From: Pseudomonadota bacterium
GTDB lineage: Bacteria > Pseudomonadota > Alphaproteobacteria > Rhodospirillales > Magnetospirillaceae
NCBI GenBank assembly: GCA_021793155.1
Contig: JAJYTF010000007.1
Location: 16,575 to 40,574 of the forward strand
Direction: 5' to 3'
Length of the DNA stretch: 24,000 nucleotides
In this document: positions 16,913 through 24,000 of the stretch, piece after piece
How positions within the stretch are numbered: the stretch's first letter is position 1
Layout of the letters: the number at the start of each line of letters is the position of its first letter
Program-made: the position numbers and the translations under genes
The notes under the pieces: generated by a model
The model's input: the letters and a program-made list of their open reading frames with translations, nothing else
Told to the model about the DNA's origin: nothing
The model's database searches: none

Positions 16913-19753
16913 TCACGCCCGCTTCAGCGCCTTGCTCAAGTATGGCCTGAGGTAATGTCCGGTATAGCTGCCCGGCACCACGGCGATCTGTTCGGGGGTG
17001 CCGGCGGCCACCACGCCCCCACCGCCGATGCCGCCGTCGGGGCCCAAGTCGATAATCCAGTCGGCGGTCTTGATCACTTCAAGATTGTGCTCGATGACCA
17101 GGACCGTATTGCCGGCATCGACAAGTGCGTGAAGGACTTCCAGCAGTTTCTTCACATCCTCGAAATGCAGCCCGGTGGTCGGTTCGTCGAGAATGTATAG
17201 CGTGCCGCCGGTGGCTCGGCGCGACAGCTCCTTGGCCAGTTTCACCCGTTGTGCCTCGCCGCCTGACAGTGTCGTCGCCTGCTGGCCGAGATGGATGTAG
17301 CTGAGACCCACCCGTTTCAGCGTTTCCATCTTGTCGCGGATGACCGGAACCGCCTTGAAGAAGTCGGCCGCTTCTTCGACAGTCATGTCAAGTACGTCTG
17401 CTATCGTCTTGCCTTTAAACGTAATTTCTAAGGTTTCCCGGTTGTACCGCTTGCCCTTGCAGACGTCGCATTCGACATAGACGTCGGGCAGGAAATGCAT
17501 CTCGATCTTGATCACGCCGTCGCCCTGGCAGGCCTCGCAGCGCCCGCCCTTGACGTTAAAGCTGAAGCGGCCGGCCTTGTAGCCTCGCGCCTGGGCCTCG
17601 GGCAGATTGGTGAACCAGTCGCGGATCGGCGTGAACGCGCCGGTATAAGTGGCCGGATTGGATCGCGGCGTGCGGCCGATGGGCGATTGGTCGATATCGA
17701 CGATCTTGTCGATGAACTCCAGGCCATCGATGCGGTCATGGGGGGCGGCGTGTTCCCGCGCTCCATTCAGCCGGCGGGCCAGGGCCTTGTAAAGGGTTTC
17801 GATCACCAAGGTTGACTTGCCGCCGCCCGAGACGCCGGTCACGCAGGTAAATGTGCCCAGCGGGAAGTCGACGGTGATGTCTCTCAGGTTGTTGCCGCGC
17901 GCGCCGACCACCGAAAGGCGACGGCCGCTGCCCTGCCGCCGCTGAACGGGCAGGGGGATCTGGCGCATCCCGGTGAGATACTGGCCGGTCAGGCTGGCCG
18001 CGTTCTGCATCACCTGCTCGGGGGTGCCCTCGGCGACGATCTCACCGCCGTGCAGCCCGGCACCCGGCCCCATGTCGATCAGGTAGTCGGCGGTACGGAT
18101 GGCGTCCTCGTCATGTTCGACGACGATCACAGTGTTCCCCAGGTCGCGCAGCCGCTTCAGCGTCGCTAGCAGGCGGTCGTTGTCCCGCTGGTGCAAGCCG
18201 ATGGAGGGTTCATCCAGCACGTACAGCACCCCCGTCAGGCCCGAGCCGATCTGCGAGGCCAATCGGATACGCTGTGACTCGCCGCCCGACAGACTGCCCG
18301 AGTTGCGCGCCAAGGTGAGATAGTCCAGCCCTACATCGTCGAGGAATCCCAGGCGTTCGTTGATTTCGCGCAGAATCCGCCTGGCGATTTCGCGGTCCTT
18401 GGGCTTCAGATGCTGGTCGAGTTCGGCGAACCAATGCCGCGCCTCGGAAATCGAGAAGGCGCAGACCTGCGAGATGTCCAGCCCGCGCAGCTTGACCGCC
18501 AGCGCCTCGGGCTTGAGGCGTGCTCCCTGGCAGACCCCGCAGGGCGCGGTGACCTGAAAACGTGACAGGTCTTCCCGCACCCAGCTGGAATCGGTCTCCC
18601 TGAAGCGGCGTTCCATATTGGGGATGACCCCCTCGAAGGGACGCTCGTTGACATAGGAACGGACGCCGTCCTCGTAGCGCATGGGGACCACTTCCGAGCC
18701 CGAGCCGTAGAGGATGGCCTGGCGAGCCTGCTCGGGAATCTCGGCGAAGGGCTGATCGAGGCGAAAGCGGTAATGGCGGGCCAGGCTTTCCAGCGTCTGC
18801 AGATAGTATTGCGAGGACGAACCAGCCCAAGGCGCCACCGCGCCGTCGCGCAGCGATTTGCGGTCGTCCGGCACCACCAGGTCCTCGGCGAAATGCATGG
18901 TGACGCCCAGGCCGTCGCAAGCCGGGCAAGCGCCGAGGGGGTTGTTGAACGAGAAGAGCCGCGGCTCGATCTCGTCGATGGTGAAGCCCGAGACCGGGCA
19001 GGCGAACTTGGCCGAAAACAGGGTGCGTTCCTGCGTCTGGGCGTTTTCCGCGATGACAATGCCGTCAGCCAGATTCAGGGCCGTTTCGACGCTGTCGGCC
19101 AGGCGCGTGGCGATGCCGTCTTTGACCACCAGCCGGTCGACCACCACCTCGATGTCGTGCTTGACCTTCTTGTTCAGCGCCGGGACTTCGTCGATCTCAT
19201 ACAGTTCGCCGTCCACCTTGACCCGCTGGAAGCCCTTCTTCTGCAAATCCTGCAAGTCCTTCCGGTACTCGCCCTTTCGCCCCCGCACCAGCGGAGCCAG
19301 CAGATAGAGCCGCGTGCCCTCGGGCATGCCCAGGATGCGGTCGACCATCTGCGACACGGTCTGGCTTTCGATGGGCAGGCCTGTGGCCGGCGAATGCGGG
19401 ACGCCGACGCGGGCGAACAGCAGCCGCAGGTAATCGTAGATCTCGGTGACGGTGCCGACGGTCGAGCGCGGGTTCTTCGACGTGGTTTTCTGCTCGATGG
19501 AGATGGCCGGCGACAGTCCTTCGATCAGGTCCACGTCGGGCTTGGCCATCAGCTCGAGGAACTGCCGGGCATAGGCCGACAGGGATTCCACGTAGCGCCG
19601 CTGCCCCTCGGCATAGATCGTGTCGAACGCCAGTGAGGATTTTCCCGAGCCCGAAAGCCCGGTAATGATCACCAGCTTGTCCCGCGGAATGTCGACGTCG
19701 ACGTTCTTGAGATTATGTTCGCGCGCACCGCGCACGCGGATGAAGGAAGTCAT
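16913..19753 (-). CDS. uvrA: Excinuclease ABC subunit A (UvrA)
   Basis: 946 aa. [13 protein letters not shown], two Walker A motifs ([24 protein letters not shown]), ABC signatures ([16 protein letters not shown]) and zinc-finger Cys clusters. GGAGG lies 4 nt upstream of the ATG. Confidence 0.97.
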   Translation of the reverse strand: MTSFIRVRGAREHNLKNVDVDIPRDKLVIITGLSGSGKSSLAFDTIYAEGQRRYVESLSAYARQFLELMAKPDVDLIEGLSPAISIEQKTTSKNPRSTVGTVTEIYDYLRLLFARVGVPHSPATGLPIESQTVSQMVDRILGMPEGTRLYLLAPLVRGRKGEYRKDLQDLQKKGFQRVKVDGELYEIDEVPALNKKVKHDIEVVVDRLVVKDGIATRLADSVETALNLADGIVIAENAQTQERTLFSAKFACPVSGFTIDEIEPRLFSFNNPLGACPACDGLGVTMHFAEDLVVPDDRKSLRDGAVAPWAGSSSQYYLQTLESLARHYRFRLDQPFAEIPEQARQAILYGSGSEVVPMRYEDGVRSYVNERPFEGVIPNMERRFRETDSSWVREDLSRFQVTAPCGVCQGARLKPEALAVKLRGLDISQVCAFSISEARHWFAELDQHLKPKDREIARRILREINERLGFLDDVGLDYLTLARNSGSLSGGESQRIRLASQIGSGLTGVLYVLDEPSIGLHQRDNDRLLATLKRLRDLGNTVIVVEHDEDAIRTADYLIDMGPGAGLHGGEIVAEGTPEQVMQNAASLTGQYLTGMRQIPLPVQRRQGSGRRLSVVGARGNNLRDITVDFPLGTFTCVTGVSGGGKSTLVIETLYKALARRLNGAREHAAPHDRIDGLEFIDKIVDIDQSPIGRTPRSNPATYTGAFTPIRDWFTNLPEAQARGYKAGRFSFNVKGGRCEACQGDGVIKIEMHFLPDVYVECDVCKGKRYNRETLEITFKGKTIADVLDMTVEEAADFFKAVPVIRDKMETLKRVGLSYIHLGQQATTLSGGEAQRVKLAKELSRRATGGTLYILDEPTTGLHFEDVKKLLEVLHALVDAGNTVLVIEHNLEVIKTADWIIDLGPDGGIGGGGVVAAGTPEQIAVVPGSYTGHYLRPYLSKALKRA

Positions 19754-19853
19754 GATCCTCCGCCACAGGATTGGCGACTTGCGTCAAGAGTCATCGGCTG
19801 AACGGCGCGAATGACCACTCCGACCGTTGGGGAGGAAGCATGCCGCCCAGTGC

Positions 19854-19873
19854 TACGAGATAGGTACGAGATA
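19854..19873. promoter_or_regulatory. Perfect 9-bp direct repeat TACGAGATA-GG-TACGAGATA (11-bp phasing) upstream of uvrA
   Basis: TACGAGATA at 19854-19862 and again at 19865-19873. This is 101-120 nt upstream of the uvrA ATG and 45-64 nt past the upstream MCP stop. It is a candidate transcription-factor site or an 11-bp slippage duplication. Confidence 0.3.
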
Positions 19874-19917
19874 TAGTCCGGTCAATGCAAGGCGCGCGCT
19901 AACGTTGCCGGCATTTA

Positions 19918-22059
19918 TCATTCCCGTACCTTGGCCAGGAAGTCGTCGACGCCGCTGCGCAGACTGCCGGCCTGCGCCGACAGGGTCTGCACTGCGGCCA
20001 GCACCATGTCGGCAGAGCCGCGTGCCTGATCGGCGGCCAGATTGACCCCGGCGACATTCTCCGATACCGCCCGCGTGCTGCCCGCAGCCTCTTGGATATT
20101 GCGTGCGATGTCGTGGGTCGCCAGGCCTTGGCTCTGCACCGCGTCGGCCACGGTGGCAGCGATGGTGTTGATCTGGCCGATGGTGCCGGAAATGTTCCTG
20201 ATGACGTCCACCGTGGCGCGGGCGGCCGATTGCACGGAAGCGATTTGCTGACGGATCTCGTCGGTGGCCTTGCCGCTCTGGTTGGCCAGGTTCTTGACTT
20301 CACCGGCCACCACGCTGAACCCCTTGCCGGCTTCGCCGGCACGGGCCGCCTCGATGGTTGCGTTGAGCGCCAGCAGGTTGGTCTGGCTGGCGATGACATT
20401 GATCAGATTGACCACTTCATCGATCCGTTCGGCCGCCAGCGCCAGATCGTGGACCAGCGTGTTGGCCCGTTCGGCCTCTTCCACCGCGTTGCCGGCAATG
20501 GTCGACGCCTGCCCGACGTGACGGGTGATCTCGGCAACCGATACGGCCAGTTCTTCGGCCGCGGCGGCCACCGTTTCGACGTTGGCGGTGGTATGTTCCG
20601 CCGCCTCGCGCACCGCGCTCGCCTTGCGGCTGACCTCTTCGGCCAAGCCGGTCATGCTGCCGGCGGTGCCCTTCAGATCCTCCGCCGCCAGGCCGACGCT
20701 GCCGACGACCGAGGAAATGGAGGCGCCGAAGCGATCGGCCAGGCCGTTCAACATCTGTTTTCGTTCCGCTTCGGCCTGGCGCTTGTTTTCCTCCTGCGCG
20801 GCGTGAAGGCGGTTCATTTCGATGGCATTTTCCTTGAAGACGGCGACCGCGCGCGCCATTTCGCCGATTTCGTCGCGGCCGTCGGCGGCCGGGATTGCCA
20901 CTGCCGTATCGCCGGCGGCGAGCCTGGCCATGGACGCGGTGATGGCCGAGATCGGCCCGCTGATGCGCGCTGCGAAGAATAATCCTGCGGCGCCCGCAAC
21001 CAGCAGGATGACCAGGCTGCCGATGATGAGCGATGTCCGCATGGCAGCCACCGGTGCGAGGATTTCGGCGACGTCGGCTTGCACGACCAAGGTCCAAGCG
21101 GTGCCGGCATAAACCAGCGGCACATATGCCGCCAGAAGCGAACGGCCGGACCGGTCGGTGGCCGAGGCGATGCCGGCAGCACCGCTCAGGCCGGCCTTCA
21201 GGGCGGCATTGTCCGGATTTTCGAAGGGCGAGGCGTCGCCGCCCGAAAGGCGCGAAGCGTTGCGTGGCTTGCCGTCGGCCCCGACCAGGATCGCCTCGCC
21301 GTCCTTGCCCATGCCGGCGGGGTCGGAGAGCAGCGCATTCAGCCGCGCCACGGGGATCTCCAGGATCAGCACGCCGACGAAGTCCTCGCCGCTGTCAAGG
21401 ATCGGGCTGGCAAGGAAGGCCACCGAACCGCCCGCCGGGGCGTAATTGGCAAAATCTGCGAAGACGAGTGTGCCGGCCTTGGGGTGGTCGAACAATGCCT
21501 TGAACAGCTTGCCCGGCGCGGTGTTCTTGAAGGCCGGAGAGGTCAGGTCCTCCATCAGGTCGCTGTGCTTGGCCGTGGTATAGACGACGCGTCCTGTCGA
21601 ATTGACCAGCAGGATATCGCCCAGCGCACGTTTCTCGAAGATTTTGAGGAAGGTCGGGTGGTAGTCCGTGTGGACCAGCCCCCAGTCCGACCCATCCATC
21701 GCCCCCGTATACAGGTAGCGTTTCTCAGGTGGCTGGGGATTTTTTTCGACGAAGGCGGTCTTGACGTAGGCGACGGGATCGATCCCGGCCGCTTTCATGC
21801 TGGCGATGGCGTCGCCCAGTTTGCCCACCGCGGCCACGACTGCGGCGTCGGCGGCGAGGATCTCGGTATCCTGGCCGAATGTATCAAGCATCGCCAGCGC
21901 CTGGCCGCGGCGGGCCTCGGCCAAAGCGGAAAGCCGCTGTTTCGCGGCGTCCACCAGATGGGATGAGGACTGGGAGTAGCCGACCAATCCGCTCAGCACG
22001 GCGGACGATAATACCAGGCATACGATGGCGACCGGTAGTTTCTGGGCAATTCGCATCAT
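19918..22059 (-). CDS. Methyl-accepting chemotaxis protein with periplasmic dCache_1-type sensor and HAMP
   Basis: The track ORF extends to 22161. I start at ATG 22059 or 22056 ([24 protein letters not shown] = TM1), with GGGGGAGGTG immediately upstream. Double-Cache-like region ([15 protein letters not shown]...[20 protein letters not shown]...[13 protein letters not shown]). Second TM, HAMP, hairpin tip [36 protein letters not shown]. Confidence 0.9.
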   Translation of the reverse strand: MMRIAQKLPVAIVCLVLSSAVLSGLVGYSQSSSHLVDAAKQRLSALAEARRGQALAMLDTFGQDTEILAADAAVVAAVGKLGDAIASMKAAGIDPVAYVKTAFVEKNPQPPEKRYLYTGAMDGSDWGLVHTDYHPTFLKIFEKRALGDILLVNSTGRVVYTTAKHSDLMEDLTSPAFKNTAPGKLFKALFDHPKAGTLVFADFANYAPAGGSVAFLASPILDSGEDFVGVLILEIPVARLNALLSDPAGMGKDGEAILVGADGKPRNASRLSGGDASPFENPDNAALKAGLSGAAGIASATDRSGRSLLAAYVPLVYAGTAWTLVVQADVAEILAPVAAMRTSLIIGSLVILLVAGAAGLFFAARISGPISAITASMARLAAGDTAVAIPAADGRDEIGEMARAVAVFKENAIEMNRLHAAQEENKRQAEAERKQMLNGLADRFGASISSVVGSVGLAAEDLKGTAGSMTGLAEEVSRKASAVREAAEHTTANVETVAAAAEELAVSVAEITRHVGQASTIAGNAVEEAERANTLVHDLALAAERIDEVVNLINVIASQTNLLALNATIEAARAGEAGKGFSVVAGEVKNLANQSGKATDEIRQQIASVQSAARATVDVIRNISGTIGQINTIAATVADAVQSQGLATHDIARNIQEAAGSTRAVSENVAGVNLAADQARGSADMVLAAVQTLSAQAGSLRSGVDDFLAKVRE

Positions 22060-22388
22060 CACCTCCCCCGTGCAGGTTCTTTTTTGCACTTCCGCGGTCA
22101 GGCATCCGCCCGCAGCAGTTCGGACGGATAGCGATAATTGCACCACTGAGTGATTGTTCATTCAACCATATTTCATGCCGACCGGCCTATGGCGGAAGAT
22201 TCTTTCATCTGGCCATACCGGCTGGCGGGGCCTTCGGGGGATGAGAAACGAAATACTCTTTTATCTTAAGTGTTTCTCTTTGCCGCTTGTCACTGCTGCC
22301 AATTTCCCGTCCGCCCCATTCCTGCCGGGGTCTAGGATGAAGGTCTGATGGCTCATGCGGGATGTCCTAGGATCTGGGGAGCACGAAT

Positions 22389-23168
22389 ATGAAGAGCATG
22401 TCGGCTACCTATCCTTGGTTGTTACTGGCTGCCGGCCTGGAAATAGGCCTTTCGGCCTGTACGGATGACGGTCTGAGGGGGCTTCCCGACCGGGCCGCGG
22501 TTTCGGGCCGCCGGGCCGATGAGGCCATGGCGTTGCTGCCGGGACGCCCGGAAGCGGCGGGTGGTTGGTCGGTCTCGGCGGCGGCAAACCGGGTGGGTGA
22601 CTTGGCTGTGCCAGTCGCCGGCCTCGACGCCATTTTGGCCGAGGTTGCCGCCGGGCATGCGGTGGTGGTCGGGCAGGGAGTGCACGCGCCCGGCGTGGCA
22701 ACCGGCTACGATCTGGGGGCGGGCACCCTGACCGTGCTGGGCGCCGACGGTCGTAGCCGGGCCCAGCCGCTGGGCCGCTGGCGCCGCCATTGGATGGCCG
22801 CAGGCCTGTGGGCGGTGACGGTGATGCTGCCAGGGGAACTTCCGGCGGCGGCCGACGAGGATGCCTATCTGCGCGCCGCGGCGCGGCTCGAACAGGCCGC
22901 GTCGCCATGGGAGGCGGTGCTGGCTTATGATGCCGGCCTGGCCCTCTGGCCGAACGATACGGGGGCGCTGACCGGACTGGGCAAGAGCCTCTATGATCTG
23001 GGCGACAGCAAAGGTGCGGCGGCTGCCTTTGCCGCCGCGCTCCAACACAGCCGCGACCCCACCGAGCGCGAGCGCATCGGCCACCTGGCCGCCGCCATGG
23101 CGGGACCCGGCGTGGCGGCGCAACCGGTATCGACCACCGAAAAACCTCTTTCCGACCCCGGCCAGTAG
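22389..23168 (+). CDS. TPR-containing putative lipoprotein; the N-terminal part resembles the C-terminal half of a C39-like/PA2778-type cysteine peptidase domain without the catalytic Cys segment
   Basis: 259 aa. Signal plus lipobox LLLAAGLEIGLSAC. GGGGAG lies about 8 nt upstream of the ATG. The segment GHAVVVGQGVHAPGVATGYD...W..GLWAVTVMLPGELPA resembles, from memory, the PVLVLQNLG..WHYAVVVGYD...WA.V.L.PG.LPA part of that family. TPR-like helices cover aa ~155-225. Confidence 0.65.
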   Translation: MKSMSATYPWLLLAAGLEIGLSACTDDGLRGLPDRAAVSGRRADEAMALLPGRPEAAGGWSVSAAANRVGDLAVPVAGLDAILAEVAAGHAVVVGQGVHAPGVATGYDLGAGTLTVLGADGRSRAQPLGRWRRHWMAAGLWAVTVMLPGELPAAADEDAYLRAAARLEQAASPWEAVLAYDAGLALWPNDTGALTGLGKSLYDLGDSKGAAAAFAAALQHSRDPTERERIGHLAAAMAGPGVAAQPVSTTEKPLSDPGQ

Positions 23169-23178
23169 CGATATCTTC

Positions 23179-23193
23179 GTTCACCTTTTATTC
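23179..23193. promoter_or_regulatory. Imperfect (7/8) GTTC-N7-ATTC LexA-box-like element upstream of ssb
   Basis: GTTC (23179-23182), ACCTTTT, ATTC (23190-23193). It ends 15 nt upstream of the ssb ATG. One mismatch to GTTC-N7-GTTC. Confidence 0.2.
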
Positions 23194-23207
23194 GAGGAGC
23201 GGAGGCC

Positions 23208-23717
23208 ATGGCCGGCAGCGTCAACAAGGTGATTCTCATCGGCAATCTGGGGCGCGACCCCGAGGTGCGCCACGGACAGGACGGTTCCAAGATCGTCAGT
23301 CTCAACGTTGCCACTTCGGAACAGTGGAAGGACCGCGGTTCGGGTGAGCGCCGTGAGAAGACCGAGTGGCACCGCGTTGTCGTGTTCAATGACCGCATCG
23401 CCGATATCGCCGAGCGGTATCTGAAAAAGGGCAGCAAGGTCTACATCGAAGGATCCCTGCAGACCCGCAAATGGAATGACCAGTCGGGTGCCGAGCGCTA
23501 TACCACCGAGGTGGTGATCAGCAAGTTCCGAGGTGAACTGACCCTGCTTGACAGCCGCGGTGAAGGCGGCGGGGCAGGCGGCTGGGACGCGCCGCCGGCT
23601 GCTGATTACGGCGGCAGCCGCCCGGCTTCCGGGGGCGGACGCGCCCCGTCCGGCGGTTCTGGCGGCGGCGCCGGCTGGGACGCGCCGCCCGACCTGGACG
23701 ACGAAATCCCCTTCTAA
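23208..23717 (+). CDS. ssb: Single-stranded DNA-binding protein SSB
   Basis: 169 aa. OB-fold N-terminus [17 protein letters not shown]...TEWHRVVVF...[19 protein letters not shown]. Gly-rich linker. Canonical acidic tip [14 protein letters not shown] and GGAGG lie upstream. Confidence 0.96.
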   Translation: MAGSVNKVILIGNLGRDPEVRHGQDGSKIVSLNVATSEQWKDRGSGERREKTEWHRVVVFNDRIADIAERYLKKGSKVYIEGSLQTRKWNDQSGAERYTTEVVISKFRGELTLLDSRGEGGGAGGWDAPPAADYGGSRPASGGGRAPSGGSGGGAGWDAPPDLDDEIPF

Positions 23718-23747
23718 CTGTCACCAAGACAGCATCCTAAAAAATAG

Positions 23748-23773
23748 TGGCGGAGGCCAGGCGGCCTCCGCCA
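23748..23773 (+). terminator. Stem-loop after ssb (11-bp stem, 4-nt loop), a likely terminator
   Basis: TGGCGGAGGCC (23748-23758), loop AGGC, GGCCTCCGCCA (23763-23773). It lies 31 nt after the ssb stop, preceded by AAAAAA and followed by ATTGCTTTC (a weak U-tract). Confidence 0.55.
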
Positions 23774-24000
23774 ATTGCTTTCATGGCCAGATTTCCCCGG
23801 TTGATCAACGGGTTGCAGGATGCCCTGCATCTTGCACTCGACAGATGACTCGGATCAACCAGCGCTTTCAGTGGGCCATGCCGCTGTAGACACGCTTCAG
23901 CGCTGTTTTACCTTGACGTAAACGGCATACTCATCCAGGAATCGTGTATTCGAAAAGCCAGGCTGGTTAACGGCCGGCGGATCGCGTGGCCGTCCAAGAG

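Noticed and set aside
19754-19917. Search for a canonical GTTC-N7-GTTC / GAAC-N7-GAAC SOS box upstream of uvrA.
   Set aside because: None found. The closest is GAAC-GGCGCGA-ATGA, whose second half does not match. Only the non-canonical TACGAGATA direct repeat is reported.
22130-22145. Sigma-54-like -24/-12 element on the minus strand (TGGTGCAATTATCGCT, with correct GG-N10-GC spacing), about 75 nt upstream of the dCache MCP start.
   Set aside because: Only a partial match to TGGCACG-N4-TTGCW; the -12 element reads TCGC rather than TTGC. There is no enhancer-binding protein or UAS context, so it is too weak to call without TSS data.
22060-22161. The 34-codon extension of the dCache MCP ORF ([20 protein letters not shown]...).
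   Set aside because: A strong SD (GGGGGAGGTG) directly precedes the internal ATG-ATG. The protein then begins with a normal positively charged N-terminus plus TM1.
23580-23689. 17-nt exact repeat GGCTGGGACGCGCCGCC (23580-23596 and 23673-23689) giving two GWDAPP motifs in the SSB linker.
   Set aside because: It lies in the Gly/Pro-rich low-complexity linker, where internal repeats are common. There is no evidence of separate function.
23774-24000. Possible 3' end of a minus-strand gene entering from the right edge. Two open reverse frames exist, one ending ...FLDEYAVYVKVKQR* at about 23897 and one ending ...SWMSMPFTSR* at about 23909. The plus ORF 23548..23889 was also considered.
   Set aside because: Each reverse frame is under 40 codons, neither is recognisable, and codon bias does not discriminate between them. 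The plus ORF overlaps ssb out of frame and is Ala/Arg/Pro-rich noise.
1-24000. Mobile elements, CRISPR arrays, prophage or defence islands, tRNA/rRNA genes.
   Set aside because: There are no transposase, integrase, recombinase, Cas, restriction, nuclease or NTPase-type ORFs. There are no spaced direct-repeat arrays and no cloverleaf-like segments in the intergenic DNA. Gene content is housekeeping plus chemotaxis.

Overview
High-GC chromosomal segment, about 64-65% by eye. It reads as core genome of a chemotaxis-rich alphaproteobacterium. Rhodospirillales or Magnetospirillum-like is my inference from protein flavour only, not from a search. About 19 genes are supportable. Three are methyl-accepting chemotaxis proteins (MCPs): one sCache_2 plus C-terminal CZB, one soluble with inverted architecture, one dCache_1. 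The rest are a nadA-nadC-nadB NAD biosynthesis operon, pqiA-pqiB (MCE-type envelope lipid transport), an HpnE-like FAD oxidoreductase diverging from an NDUFAF6-like catalytically degenerate squalene/phytoene-synthase-fold protein, a solitary higA-family HTH gene, trmFO, a single-domain rhodanese, a tandem-DUF4170 protein, uvrA, a TPR lipoprotein, ssb and a secreted hypothetical protein. I see no tRNA or rRNA, CRISPR array, transposase or integrase, terminal inverted repeats, or recognisable defence system. I do not see a convincing multi-gene novel system, and most of the window is ordinary housekeeping DNA. The best leads are: (1) the NDUFAF6-like / HpnE-like divergent pair with a perfect GAAC-N7-GAAC (alphaproteobacterial LexA-box architecture) between them; (2) the soluble MCP with an N-terminal signalling domain and C-terminal sensor-like module directly upstream of pqiAB; (3) a fused double DUF4170 protein; (4) a perfect 9-bp direct repeat with 11-bp phasing upstream of uvrA; (5) a 52-nt perfect palindrome between convergent genes; (6) a rare-codon AT-rich patch inside uvrA. 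All functional interpretations are motif-level recognition from the translated ORFs. No database search was possible.
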